A stretch of 64,000 bases of DNA from Syntrophorhabdaceae bacterium (GTDB lineage: Bacteria > Desulfobacterota > Syntrophorhabdia > Syntrophorhabdales > Syntrophorhabdaceae), in contig CAXXUO010000006.1 in NCBI GenBank assembly GCA_963666485.2, forward strand, positions 55,406 through 119,405. The letters are read 5' to 3'. Below are positions 19,531-28,733 of the stretch, in pieces. The notes beneath the pieces are model-generated. The model did no database searches. It had not been told where the DNA came from and worked only from the letters and a program-made list of their open reading frames with translations. The number at the start of each line of letters is the position of its first letter. Within the stretch, counting starts at the first letter, position 1. The translations under genes were made by a program, and so were the position numbers.

Positions 19531-19627
19531 AGCAGTATTTGTGTCAAGGAAAAAACGATCTGCATTTCATTAGCCGGCGGGAAAGATTTTCGATGCCGGC
19601 GTCAGCATACATTGAAGGAGGGTTTCG

Positions 19628-20815
19628 ATGGATGTTTTTAAAAAAATGACAATGCTGTCGTTGGAGCAGGCAACCGTACTTCCTTATCTCAGTTATCGCC
19701 TTGCAATGGACGGAATGAACATCATCAGGCTCGAACACCCGGTCTACGGGGACCCGAACCGGATGATCGGCGAGAACCGCCTGGGCGAGGAAAAGATGAA
19801 CACCTATTTCATGGCCATCAATTCCGGCAAGAAATGCGTGACCCTCGACCTCGGGTCGCCGGAAGGCAAGGAGATCTTAAAGGACCTGATCCTCAAGCTC
19901 AATGTCGATATCTTCGCCACAAACCAGCTGCCGAGGAACTATGAAAAGCTCGGCATCGATTATGCCACGCTAAAATCGATCAAACCCGACATTATATGGG
20001 TGGGGCTCACCGGTTTCGGGCCGGACAGCAACGAGGCAGCGTACGACCCGATCCTCCAGGCGCGCGGCGGCCTGATGGAGTTAACGGGAGAAGCAGGCAA
20101 AGACCCCCAGGTCGTCGGCATTCCGCTTCCCGACATGGGGACGAGCGAACACGCCTACGGCCTTGTCATGAAATCCCTCGCGAAACGGGCAATGACGGGT
20201 GAAGGCAGCCGGATCGACGTGTCGATGTTTATGTCCACGACATCCTGGCTCACGGTCCCCATCACGCTCACAAAATCATTCGGCAACAAGATCTCGCGCA
20301 GGGGCAATACGCACGAGTTTTTCGCACCTGTCTCCGTCTACGAGACGAAAGACGGCTACGTTTACATCGCCGTGGGGAACGACCGGCAGTTCCAGTCGAT
20401 GACCCAACTGCCCGGCTTCGAGAAGCTTGCCAAACCCGAGTATGAAAAGAACAAGGGCCGCATTGCGGACGTAAAGAACCTCAATGATATTATCAATGAA
20501 TGCACGCGGCAGAAGACGACCGCCGAAATGATCGAGATGTGCAACAAGGCAACCATCGCAATATCCAAGGTCAACACTGTCGAAGAGGTGATCGAGGACG
20601 TGTACGTCAAGAACGCGATGCTTTCCTCGACAGACCCGAAGACGGGCACGAAGATCTGGATGGCGCCCCCGCCGTTCATGACCGAGTTCCTCAAGGAATC
20701 GAACCGCGCAATGACGTTTCCCCCGAGATTTGGGGAGAACAACGCCGAGATATACGGAAAGATCGGATATTCAGCCGAGAAACAGGCCGGCTTCAAGGAA
20801 AAGGGAGTCATATAG
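19628..20815 (+). CDS. Family III CoA-transferase (CaiB/BaiF)
   Basis: NSGKKCVTLDL, LTGFGP, YDPILQARGGLM, catalytic Asp in PLPDMGT. Confidence 0.92.
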   Translation: MDVFKKMTMLSLEQATVLPYLSYRLAMDGMNIIRLEHPVYGDPNRMIGENRLGEEKMNTYFMAINSGKKCVTLDLGSPEGKEILKDLILKLNVDIFATNQLPRNYEKLGIDYATLKSIKPDIIWVGLTGFGPDSNEAAYDPILQARGGLMELTGEAGKDPQVVGIPLPDMGTSEHAYGLVMKSLAKRAMTGEGSRIDVSMFMSTTSWLTVPITLTKSFGNKISRRGNTHEFFAPVSVYETKDGYVYIAVGNDRQFQSMTQLPGFEKLAKPEYEKNKGRIADVKNLNDIINECTRQKTTAEMIEMCNKATIAISKVNTVEEVIEDVYVKNAMLSSTDPKTGTKIWMAPPPFMTEFLKESNRAMTFPPRFGENNAEIYGKIGYSAEKQAGFKEKGVI

Positions 20816-20839
20816 TCTCCACTTTTGTAAAGAGGATGC

Positions 20840-21799
20840 ATGAGCATCGTCGATGACATCCTGAGCGGTAACGAAAGAAGCGCGGCCCGGCTGATCACCA
20901 GCATAGAGAACGGGGATGCGAGCGCGTACCGGGATCTCGCGGTCCTCTTTTCCCGTGCGGGCAATGCGCATGTCATCGGTGTGACGGGCCCGGCAGGCGC
21001 GGGCAAGAGCACGCTCGTGGGGCGCCTTGCCGTGGAGATGGCCGGGCGCGGCAGGCATGTCGGGATCATCGCTACGGACCCTTCGAGCGTGAGCGGAAAG
21101 GGCGCATTCCTCGGGGACCGGGTGCGCATGAAAGGGGCCGAGGACCGGGACATATTCATCCGTTCGATGGCCCACCGGTCGTATCCCGGAGGGGTCGCGA
21201 AGGCATCGGCGGCCGCGGCCTACGTCATGGAGGGACTCGGCAAGGACTGCATCATCATGGAGAGCATAGGGGCCGGACAGTCGGACAAAGACCTCTTTTT
21301 CCTGTGTGATACAGTGATCACGCTCTTTACCCCGGAATACGGTGACGATATACAGCTTTTCAAGGCCGGGCTCATGGAGATCGGGGACATCATCGTTGTC
21401 AATAAATCGGACAAGCCCGGCGCGGACGATGCCGTGCGCGAAATTAGCATCGCGGTTGACCGGAGTGCCAGGTCGAATGGATGGCATGTCCCGGTGCTTG
21501 CCTCGCAGGCCGTAAGCGGTACGGGGGTCGGCAACCTCGCGGATGCCGTGGAGGCGCACCGTCTTGCCGTGAAGGGGCATGATAAACTCTCCGAGAGAAA
21601 GGCCGGGCATCTCGAGGCATTCCTGACCGCACTTCTCAAGGAAGAATTGTGGCAAAGGATATCCGACAGGATAACAGGGCACGATGTGTTCAGGGAATTC
21701 TCGAACGAGGTCCTGTCCGGAAAGATGGACCCGTACAGCGCCGTGCATATCATACTTGAAAAATTGGAACGGGAATTAGTAATAGGTAATGGATACTAG
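20840..21799 (+). CDS. meaB: B12-mutase-associated GTPase
   Basis: GVTGPAGAGKST, DPSS..GAFLGDRVRM, ESIGAGQSD, KAGLMEIGD, VNKSD. Confidence 0.93.
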   Translation: MSIVDDILSGNERSAARLITSIENGDASAYRDLAVLFSRAGNAHVIGVTGPAGAGKSTLVGRLAVEMAGRGRHVGIIATDPSSVSGKGAFLGDRVRMKGAEDRDIFIRSMAHRSYPGGVAKASAAAAYVMEGLGKDCIIMESIGAGQSDKDLFFLCDTVITLFTPEYGDDIQLFKAGLMEIGDIIVVNKSDKPGADDAVREISIAVDRSARSNGWHVPVLASQAVSGTGVGNLADAVEAHRLAVKGHDKLSERKAGHLEAFLTALLKEELWQRISDRITGHDVFREFSNEVLSGKMDPYSAVHIILEKLERELVIGNGY

Positions 21800-21850
21800 G
21801 AAAAGGCGATAGGCTATAGGCAATTGGCGGTAGGAAAATACGCGAAAGGC
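21779..21850. repeat. Degenerate heptamer array (NATAGGN-like) overlapping the meaB 3' end
   Basis: aataggt aatggat actagga aaaggcg ataggct ataggca attggcg gtagga. Confidence 0.55.
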
Positions 21851-21859
21851 TGGCGCTAA

Positions 21860-23020
21860 ATGGACTTCTCGTTGACCACGGAACAAAAATTCTTCAAGGG
21901 GCAGGTGTCACGCGCTCTCGAGCGTATTGTCGCGCCGTTCGCGGATTCCATCGACAGGACCGATGTGTTCCCCGGGGAGCTTTTCCGGGAACTCGGCGCA
22001 CTCGGGTATTACGGGATACGCTATCCGTTGGATATAGGGGGGATGGGCGCCGACTGTATATCTTTCACCATACTGGCCGAAGAACTTGCACGGGCCTCGA
22101 TCGGGTTTGCGGCGATCGTGACGATGCAATGCCTCATGGGAACAGACTTCATATACCGGTTCGGGAATGCTGAACAGAAGAAGAACTACCTCATCCCGGC
22201 GATCAAGGGCGAAAAGATCGGCACGATCGCGTTCACCGAGCCGGATTGCGGCTCCGACCTCGGCGGGATCAAGACGCGGGCGGTGAGGACCGACAGGGGA
22301 TATGTACTGAACGGCCGCAAGCTCTGGATCACGGACGGCGACGTCGCCGATTTCGTGACCGTTGCCGCGACTACCGACCCGTCAAAACGGCTCAGCGGGA
22401 TCGGCTTCTTCCTGGTCCCGAAAGGCACGCCCGGATTTACGACAGGCCAGAAGATCGAAAAAATGTCGGCCCGGGGGGCGGCGACGATGGAGCTCATATT
22501 CGACGAGTGCCAGGTGCCCGCGGACAGCCTCATGGGAGAAGAAGGGAAGGGCGCAAAATACCTAAATGACATATTGAGCGAGATCAGGATCATGATCGCG
22601 GGTTTAGGGCTTGGCCTTGCAAAAAGCGCTTTCGTGGCGGGCCTCAAGTATGCCCGTGAGCGCGAGGCGTTCGGCAGGCCGATCGGTAAATTCCAGCTCA
22701 TCGAGGAGAAACTGGCCGAGATGGAGGTAAGGATAAAGTCCGCGGAACTTTTGACCTATCACGCGGCATGGCTCAAGGATACAGGGCACTTAACGGGCAA
22801 AGAGGCCGCCATGGCGAAATTCTATTCGACGGAAACCGCGTGCTATGTCGTCGACGAGGTATCGCGGATCCATGGCGCGTACGGGCTCGCCCAGGAATAC
22901 CCGGCACAGAGGTATTTCCGGGACGGCCGGTTCCTGCTCTTCGGCGGCGGGACGTCCGAGATATTAAAATCGATCATTGCAAAAGATATAATGAAAAGAT
23001 CCGATTTCGAGATCAACTGA
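21860..23020 (+). CDS. Acyl-CoA dehydrogenase 1
   Basis: AFTEPDCGSD, LNGRKLWIT, REAFGRPIGKFQ, GGGTSEI. Confidence 0.95.
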   Translation: MDFSLTTEQKFFKGQVSRALERIVAPFADSIDRTDVFPGELFRELGALGYYGIRYPLDIGGMGADCISFTILAEELARASIGFAAIVTMQCLMGTDFIYRFGNAEQKKNYLIPAIKGEKIGTIAFTEPDCGSDLGGIKTRAVRTDRGYVLNGRKLWITDGDVADFVTVAATTDPSKRLSGIGFFLVPKGTPGFTTGQKIEKMSARGAATMELIFDECQVPADSLMGEEGKGAKYLNDILSEIRIMIAGLGLGLAKSAFVAGLKYAREREAFGRPIGKFQLIEEKLAEMEVRIKSAELLTYHAAWLKDTGHLTGKEAAMAKFYSTETACYVVDEVSRIHGAYGLAQEYPAQRYFRDGRFLLFGGGTSEILKSIIAKDIMKRSDFEIN

Positions 23021-23031
23021 AGGAGGGGTGT

Positions 23032-24180
23032 ATGAATTTTGCTTTTACGGAGGAACAGGAATTCTTCAAAAAGATCGTAACGGACACGGTCGACAAGATG
23101 GTCGTGCCCAAGGCGCGCGAGATTGATGAGAAGGATGAGTTCCCCTGGGAATTGTGGAAGGATTTTACGAAGCTCGGGTATCTCGGTCTGCGTTATCCCG
23201 AGGAGATAGGGGGCATGAATGCCGACCCCGTAACGGCGATGATCTTCTATGAGCAGATCGCGCGCGGCTCAGTCGGTTTTGCACAGAGCGTTATCATGAA
23301 TATCCTCATGGGGACGTATTTCATCTACCGTTTCGGGTCACAGGCGATCAAGGAGCGCTGCCTCTATCCGGCCATGCGGGGCGAAAAGATATCGACGATG
23401 TGCTTCACGGAGGACCAGTCGGGTTCCGACCTCTCCGCGACACGCACCACCGCCGTGAAGGACGGTAACGAGTGGATCATAAATGGCACGAAGATGTGGA
23501 TAACGAACGGCCCCGTGGCCGATTTCGTGACCGTCCTCGCAACGACGGATTTATCCCTCGGTGCGAAAGGCCTTAACTTCTTCCTGGTAGAAAAAGGGAC
23601 CCCCGGATTTTCCCCGGGCCAGGTCCTCGACAAACTGGGATGCCGCGGCACCGTGACGGGCGAACTGGTCTTTGACAACGTCAGGATACCGGAAGAGAAC
23701 CTCCTTGGTGCCGAGATCAATAAAGGCATCGAGTACCTCGGGGAGATCCTCGACGAGGTGCGCGTCATGACCGGCGCGATGGCGATGGGGATAGCCCAGG
23801 CCGCCTACGACGAGGGGCTCGAGTATGCCCGCAAGAGGATAGCGTTCGGCAAGCCGATTGGCAGCTATCAGCTTATCAGAGCCAAATTCGCGGACATGGC
23901 AACGGAGATGGAGGCCTCACGGCTCCTCATCTATTCCGCGGCGTGGAAGATGAAGGAAAAGCTGCCGAGCCGCATCGAGGCCGCGATGGCAAAAATGTTC
24001 GCGACGGAGACATGCTGCAGGGTCGTGGACGAGGTGACGAGGATCTGGGGGGCGAACGCGTTCGCCAATGAATACAACCCGGCGCGTCATTTCAGGGATG
24101 CGCGCTTCCTCCTGTATGGCGGCGGCACGCACGAGATACTGAAAGATTTCATGGGGCGGCTCCTTATAGGCAAGGCATGA
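23032..24180 (+). CDS. Acyl-CoA dehydrogenase 2
   Basis: CFTEDQSGSD, INGTKMWITNG, RIAFGKPIGSYQ, GGGTHEI; AGGAGG SD. Confidence 0.95.
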   Translation: MNFAFTEEQEFFKKIVTDTVDKMVVPKAREIDEKDEFPWELWKDFTKLGYLGLRYPEEIGGMNADPVTAMIFYEQIARGSVGFAQSVIMNILMGTYFIYRFGSQAIKERCLYPAMRGEKISTMCFTEDQSGSDLSATRTTAVKDGNEWIINGTKMWITNGPVADFVTVLATTDLSLGAKGLNFFLVEKGTPGFSPGQVLDKLGCRGTVTGELVFDNVRIPEENLLGAEINKGIEYLGEILDEVRVMTGAMAMGIAQAAYDEGLEYARKRIAFGKPIGSYQLIRAKFADMATEMEASRLLIYSAAWKMKEKLPSRIEAAMAKMFATETCCRVVDEVTRIWGANAFANEYNPARHFRDARFLLYGGGTHEILKDFMGRLLIGKA

Positions 24181-24223
24181 GCATGAGCTGTCCGCACTTA
24201 AGCGGTGAGCGAGGTGTAGGCAT

Positions 24224-24994
24224 ATGAACATCATAGTCCTGGTAAAACAGGTCCCCGACCCGGAAGCGCTCGTGGAGATTGCCGCGAGCGGAAAAGACCT
24301 TAATATCGAGCCCAAGTTCGCAATAAACCTCTTCGACGAATTCGCACTGGAAGAAGCCCTGCGGCTCAAAGAGAAGCACGGCGGCTCTGTGAAGGCCATC
24401 TGCCTCGGCGGCCCGAAGGCGATAGAGGCCCTGCGTACCGCCGTTGCAATGGGGGTGGATGAAGCGGCACTCATAGAGGACGAGTCATTCACCGGCCGTG
24501 ACGGGTACGACACAGCGCTCGTCTTGAGTCGGGCGCTCAAGAACGAGACGTACGATATCATCCTGTGCGGGCGGCAGGCCATAGACAGGGACAGGGCCGA
24601 GGTGCCGCAGATGGTGGCCCAGTTCCTCGGCATTCCCCATGTCGGCGTTATTGTAAAGCTCGACATTGCTGACGGTAAGGCGACCGCGGAATCCGCCCTC
24701 GAGGGTGTGGCCGAGGTTGTGGAAGTGGGGCTTCCCGCTATTTTTACAGCCCAGAAAGGGCTGAACGAGCCGCGGGTCCCTTCCATTGTCGGCGTCATGA
24801 AGGCCATGAAAGTCCAGATACCGAAGATCACGGTGGACAGCCTCGGCGTATCGCCGGATGCCGGGCAGAAGACATCCGTAGAGCGATACCTGCCGCCGAA
24901 GAAGCGGCCGGCCGTGCAGATCATCGAGGGAGAGCCCGCGCAGGCGGCGGCGGAGATCGTACGGATCCTCGTCGATGTCGAACGGGCCATATAG
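24224..24994 (+). CDS. fixA: Electron transfer flavoprotein beta subunit
   Basis: IVLVKQVPD, DEFALEEALRLKE, GRQAID, LNEPR. Confidence 0.93.
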   Translation: MNIIVLVKQVPDPEALVEIAASGKDLNIEPKFAINLFDEFALEEALRLKEKHGGSVKAICLGGPKAIEALRTAVAMGVDEAALIEDESFTGRDGYDTALVLSRALKNETYDIILCGRQAIDRDRAEVPQMVAQFLGIPHVGVIVKLDIADGKATAESALEGVAEVVEVGLPAIFTAQKGLNEPRVPSIVGVMKAMKVQIPKITVDSLGVSPDAGQKTSVERYLPPKKRPAVQIIEGEPAQAAAEIVRILVDVERAI

Positions 24995-25002
24995 GGGGCG
25001 CT

Positions 25003-25980
25003 ATGGACACGATCATTATATTCGTCGAAACGAAAGGTGATGAGATCAGGAAAGCCTCCATGGAGCTTCTGTGCGAAGGTGCGCGGGTCGCTGCCGGGGG
25101 AAAATTTACCGTCGAAGCCGTGTGCGTGGGAACCCTCTCGGAGGGTGTAAAGGCGAGACTCCTCACTATGGCGCCGAAGCTGATTCATCTTACCGACGCT
25201 TCTCTGGCCGCTTACAGCCCCGAAGGCTATGCATATGCGGTTGCGGGTTATGCCAAAGAATCCGGGGCGAAGATCATCATGGCAGGGGCGACCGGCATCG
25301 GGAGGGATTTCCTTCCCCGTGTTGCCGTCATGCTCGAAGCCGGGATGATATCGGACGCCACCGTGGCAAACTGGGACAGCGACCCGATGACGTTCATCCG
25401 GCCGCAGTTCGGCGGAAAGGTCTTCGCCGAGGTCTCTTTCCGGACCCCCGTTGTCGTCACGATACGGCCGAACAGCTTTGGCCTCGAAATGCCCGGCGCC
25501 ATCGAGGGGCACTATGTCGAAAAACCGGCAGGCATACCGGAGGGAACGGTCCGGACAAAGATCGTACGGCGCGCTGAGCCGCGGGAAGGGACAGTCGACC
25601 TTACGGAAGCCGATCTCATCGTAGCCGGCGGACGCGGCCTCAAGGCTGCGGAGAACTTCAAGCTCATCGAGGACCTGGCAGGCGTTATTGGTGCGACCGT
25701 GGGGGCGACCCGTTCGGTTGTCGACGCAAAATGGCGCGACCAAACGGACCAGATCGGCAAGAGCGGGAAGACCGTGTCGCCGAAGCTGTACATCGGTGCC
25801 GGCATATCGGGGGCGATCCACCATATCATGGGGATGGACACGTCCAAGGTCGTGGTGGCCATCAACCGTGATCCGAACGCGATCATCTTCAATTATGCCA
25901 ATTACGGTATTGTCGGTGACCTCTTCGATGTGCTCCCGGCAATGACGGAAGAGATAAGGAAACGCAAGGAAAAGGAATAA
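25003..25980 (+). CDS. fixB: Electron transfer flavoprotein alpha subunit
   Basis: IVAGGRG, QIGKSGKTVSPKLYIGAGISGAIHH, AINRDPNA. Confidence 0.93.
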   Translation: MDTIIIFVETKGDEIRKASMELLCEGARVAAGGKFTVEAVCVGTLSEGVKARLLTMAPKLIHLTDASLAAYSPEGYAYAVAGYAKESGAKIIMAGATGIGRDFLPRVAVMLEAGMISDATVANWDSDPMTFIRPQFGGKVFAEVSFRTPVVVTIRPNSFGLEMPGAIEGHYVEKPAGIPEGTVRTKIVRRAEPREGTVDLTEADLIVAGGRGLKAAENFKLIEDLAGVIGATVGATRSVVDAKWRDQTDQIGKSGKTVSPKLYIGAGISGAIHHIMGMDTSKVVVAINRDPNAIIFNYANYGIVGDLFDVLPAMTEEIRKRKEKE

Positions 25981-27269
25981 TGGAAAAGATAGATGCCATC
26001 GTGATCGGAGGCGGCCTCGCAGGCCTTTCCGCGGCGTATAAGCTGGCAGAGGCGGGAAAACAGGTCATCCTCCTCGAACGCGGCGATGCACCGGGAAGCA
26101 AGAACGTAACGGGCGGGCGGCTTTACGTCGACCCTATACGGAAATACCTGCCCGGCATTATTGACACCGCCCCGTTCGAACGTCACGTCGTGAAGGAGAT
26201 GATCACCGTCCTCGACGACACGAGCGCGGCCTCATTCGAATACACGAACGCGAGATGGCGGCAGGAACCCTACATGAGCTACACGGTGCTCAGGGCGAGG
26301 TTCGACAGCTGGTTTGCCGATCAGGCTGCCGCAAAGGGCGCGTTCATCATCCCCAAAAAGAAGGTGGAAAGCCTCATCTGGGAGGATGGCAAGGTTGCGG
26401 GTATTAAGTCAGGTGCCGAAGAGATAGGCGCTCATGTGACGATCGCAGCGGACGGCGCCCTGTCCTTCATGGCGCAGCAGGCAGAAATGCGCGCACCGCA
26501 CAAGCCGGAGAACCTGGCTGTTGCCGTCAAGGAGATATACCAGCTCGACCGGAAGGTGATCGAGGACCGCTTTGGACTGAAAGACGACGAAGGCGCTGCC
26601 GGGCTTTACATGGGCTCCCTCACGCAGGGCATGTTTGGCGGCGGGTTCCTCTATACGAACCAGGATACGCTGTCGCTCGGCCTCGTGCTTGGCATACACC
26701 AGCTTGCGCATAACAACCTCGGCCTTGACGCGCCGTCGCTCATGGAATCTTTTACGGCACGGCCCGAGGTCGAACGGTATATCAGGGGCGCGGAACTCAA
26801 GGAGTATTCGGCCCACATGATATCCGAAGCGGGGATCGGCACCATGCCGAAACTTGTCAGGGACGGCATGCTCGTTGCCGGCGACGCGGCGGGTTTTGCC
26901 CTGAACCTTGGACTGACGGTACGGGGCATGGAATTCGCGATCGCATCGGGCGTTATGGCCGCCGAGACGGCCATCGAGGCGCTGGACAAGAACGACACGT
27001 CGGCCGCTGTACTTTCGGGATATGAAAAAAGGTTGCGCGAAAGCTTTGTCCTGCCCGACATGGAAACGTTCAGGAATGCCCGCGAAGTCCTCGACAATAA
27101 GCGCCTCTTTACCGTATACCCGCGGTTTATCTGTGAAATGTTCGATGAGCTGTTCACGATAGGCGACGGGCCGAAACAGGGCCTTTATACAACGGCAAAA
27201 CGTGTCGCAAAGAAATATGTCCTCACCATGGACACCTTAAAAGATTTTCTTGCCGCGAGGAAACTATGA
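25980..27269 (+). CDS. fixC: ETF-quinone oxidoreductase FixC-like
   Basis: GGGLAG, ERGDAPGSKNVTGG, GGGFLYTN, VAGDAAG, RGMEFAIASG. Confidence 0.92.
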   Translation: MEKIDAIVIGGGLAGLSAAYKLAEAGKQVILLERGDAPGSKNVTGGRLYVDPIRKYLPGIIDTAPFERHVVKEMITVLDDTSAASFEYTNARWRQEPYMSYTVLRARFDSWFADQAAAKGAFIIPKKKVESLIWEDGKVAGIKSGAEEIGAHVTIAADGALSFMAQQAEMRAPHKPENLAVAVKEIYQLDRKVIEDRFGLKDDEGAAGLYMGSLTQGMFGGGFLYTNQDTLSLGLVLGIHQLAHNNLGLDAPSLMESFTARPEVERYIRGAELKEYSAHMISEAGIGTMPKLVRDGMLVAGDAAGFALNLGLTVRGMEFAIASGVMAAETAIEALDKNDTSAAVLSGYEKRLRESFVLPDMETFRNAREVLDNKRLFTVYPRFICEMFDELFTIGDGPKQGLYTTAKRVAKKYVLTMDTLKDFLAARKL

Positions 27270-27547
27270 CGAAAAAGGTTGAGGAAAAGATCGCCCTCAA
27301 TGCGATGAAGAACGATGTGAAGAGCCATATCCTGCTCAACCAGGCGATATGCGCGAACTGCAAAGAGCGCATGTGCATCAAGGTGTGCCCGGCGCACCTG
27401 TATTCGAAGAACGAGGAAACCGGCGAAATGGTGGTCGAATATGCCGGCTGCCTCGAATGCGGGACATGCCTTGTCGCCTGCACCTATGGCTCGATCGTGT
27501 GGGACTACCCTTCAGGGGAATACGGGGTTCAATACAGATATGGATAA
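27266..27547 (+). CDS. fixX: Ferredoxin FixX
   Basis: CIKVCPAHLY, GCLECGTCLVAC, YPSGEYGVQYRYG. Confidence 0.92.
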   Translation: MTKKVEEKIALNAMKNDVKSHILLNQAICANCKERMCIKVCPAHLYSKNEETGEMVVEYAGCLECGTCLVACTYGSIVWDYPSGEYGVQYRYG

Positions 27548-27563
27548 TACCGGGGACCACGGG

Positions 27564-28283
27564 ATGGAAGGTTCGAAAAAGGCGCCGCCGAAGGCCGGGG
27601 CGCTAAAAGGCATCCGGGCCCTCGGCAAACCGCGTTCAATGGGGGACATTGCGTACGATTACCTGAAGCAGGCAATCGTAAAAGGGGATATCCCTCCCGG
27701 ACAGAGGCTTATCGAGAACCAGCTCTCCGCATTGATGGAGGTAAGCAGGGTACCCGTTCGCGAGGCGGTCAAGAAATTGGAACAGGAAGGCCTCGTCGAG
27801 CGCTCCGGTGTACGGGGATTCGTCGTCAAGGGCCTGAACCGCAAGGAGATAGAAGAGACCCTCGGGATAAGGGCCCTGCTCGAAAGCTATGCGGCATACC
27901 TGGCAACGGAGCACATCGATGACGAGATCCTGAAAAAGCTGGAGGACAGCATCCGGGCGTACAGGGCGGCCCTTGAAAAGAAGGGGAGCAATACAGATAA
28001 ACTGATGCAACTCAACTCCCAGTTCCATGAGATCATCTACAAAGCAGCGGGAAGCGCGAAGCTCTACACCCTTATCAACACCTTCCGGGACGCGATACAC
28101 CGCTATCGTCGGCCCCTTCTCGCATCCGAGCATTTTGCGCAGGTGTCCCTCCATGACCATGAAGACATGGTGCGGGCGATGCGCCTCAAAGACAAGAAGA
28201 AGGTCGAACAGCTGGTACGAAAACACATTCTTCGGGGAATGGACATAATCATCCAGGAAATGGATGCGGGGAAAACGGTATAA
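27564..28283 (+). CDS. GntR family regulator (FadR/FCD); start uncertain
   Basis: PPGQRLIENQL..VSRVPVREA, NSQFHEII, DHEDMVRA. Confidence 0.9.
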   Translation: MEGSKKAPPKAGALKGIRALGKPRSMGDIAYDYLKQAIVKGDIPPGQRLIENQLSALMEVSRVPVREAVKKLEQEGLVERSGVRGFVVKGLNRKEIEETLGIRALLESYAAYLATEHIDDEILKKLEDSIRAYRAALEKKGSNTDKLMQLNSQFHEIIYKAAGSAKLYTLINTFRDAIHRYRRPLLASEHFAQVSLHDHEDMVRAMRLKDKKKVEQLVRKHILRGMDIIIQEMDAGKTV

Positions 28284-28321
28284 AAGCAGGGGAACAAGAG
28301 ATATTTGAGAAGGAGGCATCT

Positions 28322-28723
28322 TTGAATACGAGGCCCATTAAGATCTTAGTAGCCAAGCCGGGTTTGGACGGACATGACCGCGGGGCGAAGGTTGTCGCCC
28401 ATGCATTGAAGGAAGCGGGCATGGAGGTGATCTACACCGGGCTCCACAAGACGGTCGATCAGATCATACGGATAGCGGTCCAGGAGGACGTCGATGTGAT
28501 CGGCCTGTCCATCATGAGCGGCGCGCATATCCCTATCACGGAGAAACTCGTGAAAAGAGCGAGGGAGGAAGGCATCGGCGACAAGATGGTCGTTGTCGGC
28601 GGAGTCATACCGAACCGGGACATTCCGAAACTCAAAGAGCTTGGCGCAAAGGGGGTATTCCCCGGCGGTACGCCGTTCTCCGAGATCACCAGTTTTATTA
28701 AAGAAAACGTGAAGCATTCCTGA
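28322..28723 (+). CDS. Cobalamin-binding small subunit of an acyl-CoA mutase (TTG start)
   Basis: GLDGHDRG (DxHxxG), GLSIMSGAH, VVGGVIP. Confidence 0.95.
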   Translation: MNTRPIKILVAKPGLDGHDRGAKVVAHALKEAGMEVIYTGLHKTVDQIIRIAVQEDVDVIGLSIMSGAHIPITEKLVKRAREEGIGDKMVVVGGVIPNRDIPKLKELGAKGVFPGGTPFSEITSFIKENVKHS

Positions 28724-28733
28724 GGAGGCATCG

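Noticed and set aside
19182..19627. Cobalamin or Moco riboswitch upstream of the island
   Set aside because: No recognisable conserved boxes by eye; an Rfam search would be needed.
23917..25824. 635-aa antisense ORF and similar long shadows (29001-30404, 34663-35883, 40620-41966)
   Set aside because: They lie opposite well-supported genes, have no motifs, and are expected from GC-rich codon bias.
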